Of a stretch of 64,000 bases of DNA, positions 19,597-29,640 are shown in pieces. How positions within the stretch are numbered: position 1 is the first letter of the stretch; each line of letters opens with the position of its first letter. The translations under genes were made by a program, and so were the position numbers. The notes beneath the pieces are model-generated. The model searched no databases. It saw only the letters and a list, made by a program, of their open reading frames with translations, and was not told the origin of the DNA. The DNA comes from an uncultured delta proteobacterium (GTDB taxonomy: Bacteria > Desulfobacterota > Binatia > UBA9968), in contig CAVUZH010000014.1 of the NCBI GenBank assembly GCA_963745835.1, positions 224,001-288,000 of the forward strand, given 5' to 3'.

Positions 19597-20268
19597 TTAA
19601 CGGGTTTGGATTGGCGATCGCGAATCGTACGCTGCTTGCCTGCTGTCTACAAACCGGATCACGTCGGACTGTGTAACCGTCACGTTGTAGCGGTATCCAA
19701 AACTAGCGAAAAGAGAAAATGCTTGCAGCTTCTCCTTCTCGTCTCGCTGAGCGGTGCAGTCCACCGGAACATAAACGTAATAATCACGGATGCTAAATCC
19801 TGTCACGGCGCACTGCACGCAACCGCGGGACGCTATTCCAGTGACAATGATGCGAGCGTCACCGGGGCGCATCTCTAGTCGCTCCAGGACGGACTCCATC
19901 TCGGTGCGATAAAAACAATCGTGCGTGTACTTAACCACGACCGGCTCGTCACGTTCGGGCTTTAACTCTTCCACGAACTCCGCGCCCCAAGTACCTTCGA
20001 TTTTACGGACCACGTTATGGAACAACGTAAATTCCAGCGCGTCGGGTTTGCGCACCGATTGAGTATGGACCACCAATCCCCCTGCGTTACGCACTTTACG
20101 TCGCAAGCTCGCAATTTTCGGAATAATGCCGGTGACGGCTTCGCCCCCGAAACGCTTACCCGAAGGATGCGCATCTTCATTCTCCATATCGACAATCAGG
20201 AGCAATGTCTTGCTTGCGTCCAACTCAAGAGGCACAGGGTCGGGATAGTTCAGTTCGATCTGCATCAT
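19597..20268 (-). CDS. isochorismatase-family cysteine hydrolase
   Basis: LLIVDM.N (Asp), VVK (Lys), GIASRGCV (Cys). Confidence 0.88.
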   Translation of the reverse strand: MMQIELNYPDPVPLELDASKTLLLIVDMENEDAHPSGKRFGGEAVTGIIPKIASLRRKVRNAGGLVVHTQSVRKPDALEFTLFHNVVRKIEGTWGAEFVEELKPERDEPVVVKYTHDCFYRTEMESVLERLEMRPGDARIIVTGIASRGCVQCAVTGFSIRDYYVYVPVDCTAQRDEKEKLQAFSLFASFGYRYNVTVTQSDVIRFVDSRQAAYDSRSPIQTR

Positions 20269-20319
20269 GCTCTCCTTTTAGCCTTGGCTCGGTCGATATC
20301 TAGGCGGGATCGCGATGGT

Positions 20320-21318
20320 TTATCTCTGCAGTTGATTGACCCAGCCTTCTTTGATGATCCTCTCCAACGGCCCATCATCCTTGTAGAGGCTGGTCTTTAG
20401 CAGATCCTTTTGCAGCGGCCGTCGGGATGCGAAATCCCGGACCACGACCTCGATGCCTTCTTCTGGCACATTCGGAATGGGCTTGAAAAGTTCCGCATAA
20501 GCACGAGTCACCTTGTCGGTAACCGCCGCATCGGACTCGCGATAATACTTCGCGTAAACGCGTTTCGTCAGATTCAGGTCTCTTTTGATCATGTGGATCG
20601 CTTCGATATAAGCTTTGAGAAATGCGTCCACCGTGGCTGGATTCTTTCGAATAAAAGCGCGGCTCCCGGCGACACAGGATGGCGGGTACTTGAAACCGGT
20701 TTGGGTTAAATTCACCAGTATCGGCCAGCCCCGCTCCAGAAAGGACAGCGCATTGCGGTAACTGAGGACGGCGGCGGCGATTTGTCCCTGCTGCAAAGCG
20801 ATTGCGATCTCCGGCCCGGCGCCCAATTGCAGGATCGTCATGTCTTTGTCCGCATCCATGCCCAGATGCTTAAAGGCTGAACGCAGATAAAAGTGAGTCG
20901 TCGATCCAAGTCGTGTAACGGCGGTTGCTTTGCCCTTTAGCTGCGCAGCCGACTTGATTTCCGGCCTGCTGATCAAATAAACAAGATCCAAATCCAGTGG
21001 ACACGCCAGAAGCGTAACATCTCCGCCCTCCGCTCTTGCCGCCACGACCGATTCCGCGCCGATGCCCGAGAGCTGCAGCTCACCGCTGATCACGCCCATC
21101 GTAATCAAGGCGCCGCCACGCATGAAGATTACTTCCACGTCGAGCCCGTGTTTTGAGAACAGCCCAAGATCTTTAGCAACCCAGATGGGCAGAAAATGCG
21201 GCGGAGTCGTCAAAGCAAACCGAATACGTTTGGTTTCTTGAGTTAACCCACTTTGCGCAAAAACGACGGTGACGATGAAAGCCATCATCCATATCGAAGC
21301 GGCTCCTAAATACTTCAT
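20320..21318 (-). CDS. SsuA/NMT1-type solute-binding protein
   Basis: signal peptide; WVAKDLGLF.KHGLDVE; LKGK..AVTRLGS. Confidence 0.88.
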   Translation of the reverse strand: MKYLGAASIWMMAFIVTVVFAQSGLTQETKRIRFALTTPPHFLPIWVAKDLGLFSKHGLDVEVIFMRGGALITMGVISGELQLSGIGAESVVAARAEGGDVTLLACPLDLDLVYLISRPEIKSAAQLKGKATAVTRLGSTTHFYLRSAFKHLGMDADKDMTILQLGAGPEIAIALQQGQIAAAVLSYRNALSFLERGWPILVNLTQTGFKYPPSCVAGSRAFIRKNPATVDAFLKAYIEAIHMIKRDLNLTKRVYAKYYRESDAAVTDKVTRAYAELFKPIPNVPEEGIEVVVRDFASRRPLQKDLLKTSLYKDDGPLERIIKEGWVNQLQR

Positions 21319-21445
21319 CGCAATGCCGTCAAATCTGGGTCTAACAAAAAAGAGTAAGCAGCGCCGGCTTGTTGACCAAGAATATTCGTGGCATAAGCGG
21401 CTTCTAACACGGCGCCGTTCTATCGGTCAATCCAAAGTAACAAGC

Positions 21446-22962
21446 TGTGGTAGTTCAGCGAAAATGTCACCCCAAAACTGTTCAGCGATTCTGACACCCC
21501 TTCGGGTAGGATCTTCTCCGAGAAGGAGGAGATGGGATGAGCGAAAGGGAGATGAGGGTGAGTCAGAGAGAATTACATCGACTGCATGTGGTTCGATTGA
21601 CGTTAGAGGGGCGAGAGAGCGTGGGCAAGGGGGCGAAGCTTTTGGGGATCTCGGCGCGCCAGATGAAACGGCTGCGGCGAAAGATAAAAGAGCGAGGTAG
21701 CGAAGGTCTAATGCATGGCAATCGCGGCAAAGCGGCCTGGAACAAGACGGCATCGCAAAGAATGCAGAAGGTGATCGCATTGGCACGTGGACGCTACCAG
21801 GGACTCAACGACACGCACCTGACCGAGAAGCTCAAGGAGAAAGAAAAGCTCGAGGTATCGCGCGCCACGGTGCGCCGGGTGTTGCGTGAGGCCGGGATCG
21901 CTGCGGTGCGAAAGCGCGGTGTCAAGCGCCACTACAAGCGCCGCGAGCGCAAAGCCCAGGAAGGATCTCTGTTGTTGTGGGACGGGAGTCCTCACCGCTG
22001 GTTTGGAGAGAAGTTCGGCGAGTGGAGTTTGATGGCGGCGATCGATGATGCCACGGGGAAGTTGGTGTGCGGCGTGTTTGCCCGCCAGGAGGATGCCCAG
22101 AGCTATTTGATCTGCCTCAGACAGATCGTGCTCGAGAACGGCATTCCCTTGGCCATGTACATGGATCGCCATGGGATCTTCCGTCGTAACGACGATCACT
22201 GGACCGTGCAAGAGCAGCTGGCCGGGCAACAAACGCCCACTCAAGTGACTCAGGCGCTTTTGGCTTTCGGTATAAAGCCGATCTTTGCACTCTCGCCTCA
22301 AGCCAAGGGACGTGTGGAGCGGCTGTTTAATACTTTGCAGGATCGGTTGGTCCAGGAGCTCAGGCTGGCACGGATCACCAGCCCCCAACAAGCGACGCTC
22401 TTTGTGAACGGCCCGTTCAAAACCGATTTCAACACCCGCTTTGCCAAACCGGCCAGAGAAAGCCAACCAGCCTGGCGTCCTCTGCCCAAAACAGTCGATG
22501 TCGATCGGACCTGCAGTTTTCTCTATGAAGCCACCGTCGGCAATGATAATGCAGTGCGGCTTTCAGGAATGATCCTCGACATCCCGGCGGGACCGCATCG
22601 TCGAGGATATGCCAGAGCCCGTGTCGAGATCCGTCAACTGCTCGATGGCCGTTGGCGCGTGTACTGCAAAAACGAGCTGCTCTTGGAGAGCCCTCCTCCT
22701 GCGGTGCAAGGACCATTAAGAACCTTGCGCCGGCATTATCGCTCGGTCAAAAACAGAAAACTCCTCGATTCGAGAAAACAATCTAAAAAACCACCGCCGT
22801 ATTTCGCTTATAACGCACGTTCTCGGACTGGCGGGCACCTAGGTACCCCCAAAATCAACCCTGATGGAGATCTCACAATCGAACTGAAACCTTAACACAC
22901 TACCACTCAGGGGTGACATTTTCGCTGAGCAGTTAAGGTGACATATTGGCTGAACTACAACA
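21446..22962 (+). mobile_element. IS1202-family (ISNCY) insertion sequence with 15-bp target duplication
   Basis: IRL TGTGGTAGTTCAGCGAAAATGTCACC; IRR GGTGACATATTGGCTGAACTACAACA; DR TCCAAAGTAACAAGC at 21431-21445 and 22963-22977. Confidence 0.9.
21537..22895 (+). CDS. ISNCY/IS1202 DDE transposase
   Basis: N-terminal HTH; WDGSPH, IDDAT, Y.DRHGIF, SPQAKGRVER.F.TLQDRL. Confidence 0.92.
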   Translation: MSEREMRVSQRELHRLHVVRLTLEGRESVGKGAKLLGISARQMKRLRRKIKERGSEGLMHGNRGKAAWNKTASQRMQKVIALARGRYQGLNDTHLTEKLKEKEKLEVSRATVRRVLREAGIAAVRKRGVKRHYKRRERKAQEGSLLLWDGSPHRWFGEKFGEWSLMAAIDDATGKLVCGVFARQEDAQSYLICLRQIVLENGIPLAMYMDRHGIFRRNDDHWTVQEQLAGQQTPTQVTQALLAFGIKPIFALSPQAKGRVERLFNTLQDRLVQELRLARITSPQQATLFVNGPFKTDFNTRFAKPARESQPAWRPLPKTVDVDRTCSFLYEATVGNDNAVRLSGMILDIPAGPHRRGYARARVEIRQLLDGRWRVYCKNELLLESPPPAVQGPLRTLRRHYRSVKNRKLLDSRKQSKKPPPYFAYNARSRTGGHLGTPKINPDGDLTIELKP

Positions 22963-23110
22963 TCCAAAGTAACAAGCTGCACGGCTATGTTCCTTAAGGC
23001 TCCCGGGTGCCGGCAACTCTAAAGAAATTTGCTTGTAAAAGCGCAAAACTTTTTACATAACAGACGGTATCCATCGATGACTCTCTTAAACTCGAGCGAA
23101 AGGGGAATTT

Positions 23111-24169
23111 ATGAGTAGCCAAAATAAATACCTGCGCATCGTTTACTTCTATGGGCTGCTCTTTTGCCTGCTGCCCAACGCTGCGCTATCGCAGAGCAAT
23201 TTTTATGAGGGTAAGACCGTTGCCTTGATCGCCACCACGTCGGCAGGCGGCACCGGGGATCTCCGGGTGAAAGCCATGGTGCCGTTTCTCAAGAAACATA
23301 TTCCGGGAAATCCAACGGTTGTAATCCAGTACATCGATGGCGGCGGCGGCCGCAAGGGAACGAATTATTTATACAGCAACGCTCGTCCCGATGGCCTGAC
23401 AATAGGCGCCGCGAGCGGAGCGATCATCGGCCTGGCTGTCATGGGCGAAACCGGCGTCTCTTATGACATCGACAAGTTTATTTATCTGGGTTCACCCGAA
23501 AGCGAAAACCATTATATTATTTACACTCGAAAAGAACTCGGACTCGACAATCTGGAGAAACTGGCATCCAAGCCTGGCCTCAGGATCGGGGCGCAAACGG
23601 TTGGCCATGTATCTTATGTAGCAGGGAGACTATTCGCGTACTTTCTAAACTTGAAAGAGCCAAAGTTTATTGCCGGTTACACTGCCCATGAGCTGGACGT
23701 CGCCTTGACCCAAGGCGAGCTCGACAGCAGAGCCAATAATGCAAGCTCGGTCATCCGACGAAATTCCGATTGGGTGGATAAAGGGCTGATGAATTTTCAT
23801 TCGATCATGGAGGTTCCGAAAGGTGACAAGCATCCGCGGTTGGGTCACCTTCCGGAGATCGGCAGCTTTGCCAAAAACGAACGAGAAACCAAGCTTCTTA
23901 CACTCTGGCGCGCTTTTCGATCTGTGGGATCGCCTTACATATTACCTCCCGGTACCCCCAAAGAGAGAGTGGCAACTCTCGAGGAAGCAATGCGCAAGAC
24001 CTTCAAAGACCCTGAGTTTCCTCCATATTTCAAAAAATTGGTTACCGATGACGCATCTCCGATGGAAGCGGCGGAACTAAAGAAGGTCGTCGCAGACATG
24101 CCCCGTGACGCCGAGACCATCGAGACGCTCAAAAAATTTGCTGGACCGGGTCCTCTGCCGCCGCGCTAG
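23111..24169 (+). CDS. Bug/TctC tripartite tricarboxylate transporter substrate-binding protein
   Basis: FYEGKTV..AGGTGD..IPGNP..GGGG..PDGLTI; PPGTP. Confidence 0.88.
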   Translation: MSSQNKYLRIVYFYGLLFCLLPNAALSQSNFYEGKTVALIATTSAGGTGDLRVKAMVPFLKKHIPGNPTVVIQYIDGGGGRKGTNYLYSNARPDGLTIGAASGAIIGLAVMGETGVSYDIDKFIYLGSPESENHYIIYTRKELGLDNLEKLASKPGLRIGAQTVGHVSYVAGRLFAYFLNLKEPKFIAGYTAHELDVALTQGELDSRANNASSVIRRNSDWVDKGLMNFHSIMEVPKGDKHPRLGHLPEIGSFAKNERETKLLTLWRAFRSVGSPYILPPGTPKERVATLEEAMRKTFKDPEFPPYFKKLVTDDASPMEAAELKKVVADMPRDAETIETLKKFAGPGPLPPR

Positions 24170-24327
24170 ATTTTATTTGACAGCGAGACGACGATGCCAC
24201 CGATGCATGTCTGTGATCCTTCACGAAGCAAACGAGTATTTTCAGATTAGTTGAAATGTCCTTGCTCGAATATGTTCTTTCAAGTTACATTCAAAGTCAT
24301 AGAAAACACCACAAGGAGAAGGAATAT

Positions 24328-24836
24328 ATCATCAAAAAACAATGGCTCAGGCTGGGCGTCGCTCTGCTGCCTTTGTATGCGGCGCAGGTTTGGGCAGCAC
24401 CAAATCCGGCCACCGGACTGGGTTGCGGCCTCGGTAAACTCGCTTGGGGAGAATATGGGACCAGAAGGACATCGCGCCGCAAGTGCTGCAGTCGACGACT
24501 AACGGCACATTCGGCAGCCAGACCTTCGGCATTAGCTTCGGCACTTCAGGCTGCACCAATAACGGCGTGATTATGTCGGAACATAAAACCAGCGTTTTTG
24601 CGGCGCTAAATTTTGAGAACCTTTCTCAAGATATGGCCAAGGGCGACGGTGAACACCTGAGTTCGCTGGCTGAACTGATGAACATCCCGCAGGACAATCG
24701 CGCCGAGTTCTATGCTCTCGCGCAACTGCAGTACCAGAGTATGATTCAGTTCGGGGAATCTACTCCGGCGGCGCTGCTCAAGGCTTTAACCAGCGCGATG
24801 TCATCGCACCCGCTTCTCGCCAGCAGTGTGAAATAA
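24328..24836 (+). pseudogene. DUF3015 family exported protein, frameshifted and lacking a start codon
   Basis: signal + GCGLGKLAW in one frame; QKDIAPQV..TTNGTFGSQTFGISFGTSGC..DMAKGDGEHL in another (shift near 24460); ATC where ATG is expected after AAGGAG. Confidence 0.75.
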
Positions 24837-24883
24837 TCCATTTACGAGTCCCGGCTATTGCCGGGGCTCACTTTCCCTCGTCG

Positions 24884-26779
24884 GTGATTCTCAGCATCGC
24901 GCTTCTCCTCCTGTGTCTTCTCCCAAACACAGCCCGCGGCCAAGACAGCGCTCGACCCTACCTTCAACTGCTGCTCGATCGCGCTAAGGCGATGGCTCTG
25001 CACGAGCAACGCTACTGGCATCTTCTTTTGCATTATCGCTCGGCCCTTGCCGATGGGGTTGAGAGCGAAGCCGACGAACCCGCATTCTTTCTTTCGCCGC
25101 ACGGAAAAACCGATCCGGAAACCGAGCTGCAGGCTACCCTCTCTAACTTTTTTCGACCGATTTGGTCGGCCGTTCGAGCCAGCCGGCGTGTTGCGCTTTT
25201 ATCGCGCGTTATCATTGGCTGAAGAGCGCTCTGGCCATCGACGAAAGCCGTTTGCCGCTCGCAGTCATGCGAGCGATTTCAATCATGGCTTGCCGAACTC
25301 AATCCCGCCTCGATCACCGTCATCTTTCCGTCGGCGTTTATGAATAATCCTTCTTCGATGTTCGGCCACCTGCTCTTGCGGGTTGACCAAAAGGGTCAAC
25401 CGGAGCGAACCAGCATTCTCGCCTATACAATCAATTATGCCGCCGATGTTACCACGGACAACGGTTTCTCTTTGCTATGTTGGGACTGACTGGAGGATTC
25501 AAAGGATACTTTTCGACACATCCGTATACATCAAAGCCAAGGAATACAGTGATTTTGAAAACCGAGATATTTGGGAATACCGACTCAATCTCACAGAAGA
25601 TCAGATGCAACGACTGCTAATGCACGGCTGGGGGTTGGGCAACCGCGCCTTCGATTATTTTTATTTCAACGAAAATTGCGCTTATCAGATTTTGTCTCTG
25701 CTGGACGTTGCCGATCCGGAGCTGCAACTGGCCGAGCGGTTCTGGTTCTATACCTTCCCTTCCGACGGCATCCGCATGATCGCCGACAAACCCGGTTTAG
25801 TTAAAACGTGACCTTTCGCGCCGCCCGGAGCACCAGGATTCGCCGCGGCCGTGAGGCTCTTTCAGCCGAAGAAAAGAGCTGGCTCTCGAAGATGGTCGCT
25901 GATCCGAAGCTGTCTCAGTCTGAGGCGTTCACCCGCCTGCCGCCCGAGCGCCAGGCAGCAATCCTCGAAGTCGTATCGGATTATCTTTTGTACAAGGGCG
26001 CGACGGAAGAGAACAGCGCGTCCTTCGAATCACGCAACAGGAGCATTTTGCTTGCTCGCAGCAAGCTTACGGTTAAGCCAGTTCCGATGAAGATCACGAC
26101 GATTAGCGGGGCGCTGGATCAAGGGCACAAGACCATGAGAGCAGGTCTGGGCGTCGGCTGGCGTGAGGGCGAGTTTTTCAACGAGGCGAATTTTCGCCTG
26201 GCTTTTCACGATCTGCTCGATCCGGAATACGGCTATACGCCCGTCGCGCAAATCCAGGCGTTGGGAGTGACTTTGCGGCACTACAGCCGAAGCGATCATA
26301 CCAGGATCGAAAAATTTACCCTGCTCGACATCTTGTCTCTTTCCCCTATCGACGCTCTCTTTGCGAGTCCATCCTGGAAGATCAACGCAGCGCTCGACAC
26401 GATACAGCATCACAACTGTAACTTTCGCCGCACCGGCAACCTAAATGTTGGGATCGGCCTAGCGACGGAGAGCTCCTGGTTAAACCGCGAGGTTTATTTC
26501 GGCTTGGCGGAATTTGCTACCGAAGTAGGGCGGGTCTTTCACGACAATCATCGGGTCGGCGGCGGCCTCACCGTTGGCGCCATGGCCGATATCACCGATC
26601 AATGGAAATTCGCAGTATCCGGTAGCTATATAAATTTCCCGTTAGGAGATAAATCCGAGGAGTGGAGGTTAGCGGCGCAGCAGCGCTATACTTTGAAAAG
26701 AAATTTCGCTTTGCGATTTGATTTCAATCAGCGCGCCCGGACTCAGGAGCTGCTGTTTAACCTGCTGGCATTTTTCTAA
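24884..26779 (+). pseudogene. DUF4105 (Lnb N-terminal-like) protein, multiply frameshifted
   Basis: YW.LLLHY, FFLSP.GK.DP..EL, C.F.ARY.WL, NNPSSMFGH, ENRDIWEY.L, YFYFNENCAY spread over about 5 frame changes, followed by a beta-barrel-like C-terminus. Confidence 0.8.
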
Positions 26780-27003
26780 ATACGCTTTGAACTTCATTAC
26801 CACATGATGAGTTCACCCGCTGCTTCATGCTTTTGGCCGCAGCCAAAGACCATCTCACCCTACAGTATCAAAACTCCTGCGACGTTTTCTTACGAACGAA
26901 AATCATATAAGAGGACGGCTGATTGCGTTTGCGAGTCATCGAATCGTTGAACGTTGAGCTGAAATGCCAGACCCGCACCATGTTGAATAACAGGAGGACT
27001 GCC

Positions 27004-28020
27004 ATGGCTTTTACCAGGAGAACTAATACGCTGCTTGGCGCGTTCCTATTCATCTCTACGGTCTATGTGACCACAATCGCTTACGCTCAAGAAACTTTTC
27101 GCGTGTCCTATGGCGGCTATAACGAAACAGCGGCGCCGATGTGGGTTGGGATCGATAAGGGTTTGTTCAAAAAATACGGTATCGATGCTTCTATGATTCA
27201 GGTGCGCAGCGGCGCGCTCAGCATCGCCGCGCTGGTCTCGAGAGAGGTCGAAGCGGTATGGCCTGCTCAGTCGACGATTTTGAGCACCGTGGCCGGCGGA
27301 ATCAAGTTGGGCTGCATTGCCAGCGCCACCAACAAAATCCCGCGCCAGCTCATCGCACGTAAGGAAATCAAAAGCATCGAGGAGCTACGCGGTCGCATCA
27401 TTGGGGTACAGAGCATCGGCGGCGGGTTCTGGCTGCAGACCATGATTATCCTGGACCACCTCGGCGTCGATCCAGACAAACACGGATTAAAGATGCGCGT
27501 TATCGGCGATGGACCGGTGATCGCACAAGCGTTACTGAACGGCAGCATCGATGCAGCGGCCCTGACCTACAGTTTGAGCGAAGCGCCGCTCAAGGCGGGC
27601 TTTACATCGCTGGCCGATGCCGCGGCACTGAAAGCGCCGTATCAAGGACCGAGCATTTGCGCGCTCAAAGAGGTCATCGCCAACCGACAGGATTTCTTTC
27701 TGCGCTTGACCAAAGGGTTGGTCGAAGCAACCGCTTACATTCTCGACGCCAATAACAAACCTGAGGTTATGAAAACCTTGCAAAAGCACCTTCGCCTACA
27801 GAAAGCCGATGAAGTCGAAGCCTCCTACAAAGTGCTACGATTGATGGCGACCCTCGATATCGCGCCAAATCCGGCGGCCTACAAATCGGTCCAGAGGATC
27901 GTCGCTACTGTAAATCCCAAGATCGCACAAGTTGATGTCGAGCAGATCATGGATAGCAGCTTCGTGCGCACGCTTGAGAGCGGCGGTTTTATCGCCGAAC
28001 AACGCAAGAAGGCGCGCTGA
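27004..28020 (+). CDS. SsuA/NMT1-type solute-binding protein
   Basis: AGGAGG RBS; signal peptide; APMWVG.DKGLFKKYGID. Confidence 0.88.
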   Translation: MAFTRRTNTLLGAFLFISTVYVTTIAYAQETFRVSYGGYNETAAPMWVGIDKGLFKKYGIDASMIQVRSGALSIAALVSREVEAVWPAQSTILSTVAGGIKLGCIASATNKIPRQLIARKEIKSIEELRGRIIGVQSIGGGFWLQTMIILDHLGVDPDKHGLKMRVIGDGPVIAQALLNGSIDAAALTYSLSEAPLKAGFTSLADAAALKAPYQGPSICALKEVIANRQDFFLRLTKGLVEATAYILDANNKPEVMKTLQKHLRLQKADEVEASYKVLRLMATLDIAPNPAAYKSVQRIVATVNPKIAQVDVEQIMDSSFVRTLESGGFIAEQRKKAR

Positions 28021-28481
28021 TTCTTTGTTGAGGTTTGAGCCTGGGCTAATTGCCGCGCCACCGCACTTCGGAGCACGCGGGGATTCATTCCGCCTAAAGA
28101 GCTTCGATTGTCTGTAAACTTTGCCTCTACTAACGGATCTCCACTAGAAAACATCCTTCCGCTTATCGCCGCAGCTTCCTGTCCCGCGTAAAAACGACTT
28201 CGGCAATGTGCCGCCAGCGTAACAAGTAAACTTGATACGTTCCGGAGATTTTTCAAGCCGGGATTGGCTGCGTCCATATGCAAGCACTCTCATGCAATCT
28301 TGTCCACGATTGAGCACAGATCTTACCTCCTTGATCTGATTAAGCACACGAGCTGATCCGTTCATCCGAATCGTGAGCTGTCGCAACAATTTCGGTGCAA
28401 CTCGGTAAAAATTTCATGGACACTTCCATCCCACTGCCGAACCAGCGCGGCAATATCCGCCACTTACGAGTACTGCGCTAC

Positions 28482-28497
28482 TGGCATATGCGTTGCT
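28482..28497 (+). promoter_or_regulatory. sigma54 promoter
   Basis: TGGCATATGCGTTGCT (GG-N10-GC), about 52 bp upstream of 28550. Confidence 0.65.
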
Positions 28498-28549
28498 CTA
28501 GCCTGCGTACAACACAATGCAGTCAAGCAGAAACAAGATTGGAGGCGGA

Positions 28550-28912
28550 ATGAAAGGTAATTCAAATCAGCTAAGGTCATCTCGATGGACCATTGCTCTC
28601 GGCTTTGCCGCACTCACCGCTATCGGCTGTGCCGGCGGCCCCCTGACGCCGAGGGAAAAAGGCGCCGGCATCGGCGCAGTTGGCGGAGCTGCCGCGGGCG
28701 GGCTTATCGGTGCCGCTGCGGGCCGTCCGGGATTGGGCGCCGCGATTGGTGGCGGAGTCGGGCTCGGCGCGGGCGCGCTCATCGGAGATTACATGCAAGG
28801 ACAGGACGAAGCACAGTACCAATACAATCAGCAGCAGATCCAGCAGAACCAGCGGGTCATCGAACGCAATCGTAATGAGGTCCAGACGCAGCGGCAACGA
28901 CAGGAATACTAA
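28550..28912 (+). CDS. glycine-zipper lipoprotein
   Basis: GGAGG RBS; lipobox AIGC; GAGIGAVGGAAAGGLIG..GAAIGG; Gln-rich tail. Confidence 0.85.
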   Translation: MKGNSNQLRSSRWTIALGFAALTAIGCAGGPLTPREKGAGIGAVGGAAAGGLIGAAAGRPGLGAAIGGGVGLGAGALIGDYMQGQDEAQYQYNQQQIQQNQRVIERNRNEVQTQRQRQEY

Positions 28913-28995
28913 TCGAGCATCGCATCCCGCAGTTAAGGTTAACGCCTAATTTTTTTGTGAACTAAACGGCAAGATTTGGACAAAAGGAGGGTTAA

Positions 28996-29568
28996 ATGAA
29001 ACGTTTAAGTAAAATGGTTTTAGCGGGACTTACGGGGGTGGCACTGATGCTTCCGGCGCTACCGACAACTGCCGACGCCAAAGACAATGACGGATACAAG
29101 CATAGCAGGCGCGACGGCGATTACCGGAGATTCGATGGACGGCATGGAAGAAGTAACGATCATCGCTTCAATCGCCACGGTAATTACCGTCGCGGAGAAA
29201 TGCGACACGCCCGCTTTGATGGTTCCCGCTCCCGGCGTGATGGGCACCATGGAAAATACCAGGGAAATCGAGGGCATCACAATAAACCGGTGGTTCGAGA
29301 GAAATTCAGCAACGTACGCGACGCCCGAAAAGACGTGCAGGAAGGCCGCCGCGAATTACGAGGTGACTTCAAAGAGCTGAGAAAGGATAGAGCCGAGCTT
29401 CGCCGAGATATCCGCAACGGCGCCAGCAAAGAGGAAATCTTTCGAGATCGGCAAGAGATCCGCGATGACTACAAGGAAATCGCCAGGGACAGAAGAGATC
29501 TTCGACAGGATCAAGCTGAGCTCCGAGACGCGCGCGGCGAGCTCAAGGACGCTCTGCACAAACGATAA
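28996..29568 (+). CDS. secreted, highly charged protein with heptad D-R-x-E-L-R repeats
   Basis: AGGAGG RBS; signal peptide ending ADA; R/H/G-rich region, then repeats. Confidence 0.8.
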   Translation: MKRLSKMVLAGLTGVALMLPALPTTADAKDNDGYKHSRRDGDYRRFDGRHGRSNDHRFNRHGNYRRGEMRHARFDGSRSRRDGHHGKYQGNRGHHNKPVVREKFSNVRDARKDVQEGRRELRGDFKELRKDRAELRRDIRNGASKEEIFRDRQEIRDDYKEIARDRRDLRQDQAELRDARGELKDALHKR

Positions 29569-29580
29569 CCCAACTCACGG

Positions 29581-29611
29581 CCTGACCGTCTGCGCGGCGC
29601 AGACGGTCAGG
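29581..29611. terminator. hairpin / terminator between convergent genes
   Basis: CCTGACCGTCTGCG-CGG-CGCAGACGGTCAGG perfect 14-bp stem. Confidence 0.7.
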
Positions 29612-29640
29612 CTTTCCACCCCCATCAATACTCTCCAGGT

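Noticed and set aside
21390-21445. XerCD (dif) site next to the IS1202-family element
   Set aside because: No dif-like 11-6-11 sequence is visible, and to my recollection xrs targeting belongs to the short-DR subgroup.
28020-28480. Long intergenic region as hidden gene or RNA
   Set aside because: Only short motif-less ORFs and no convincing stems; more likely sigma54 enhancer space.
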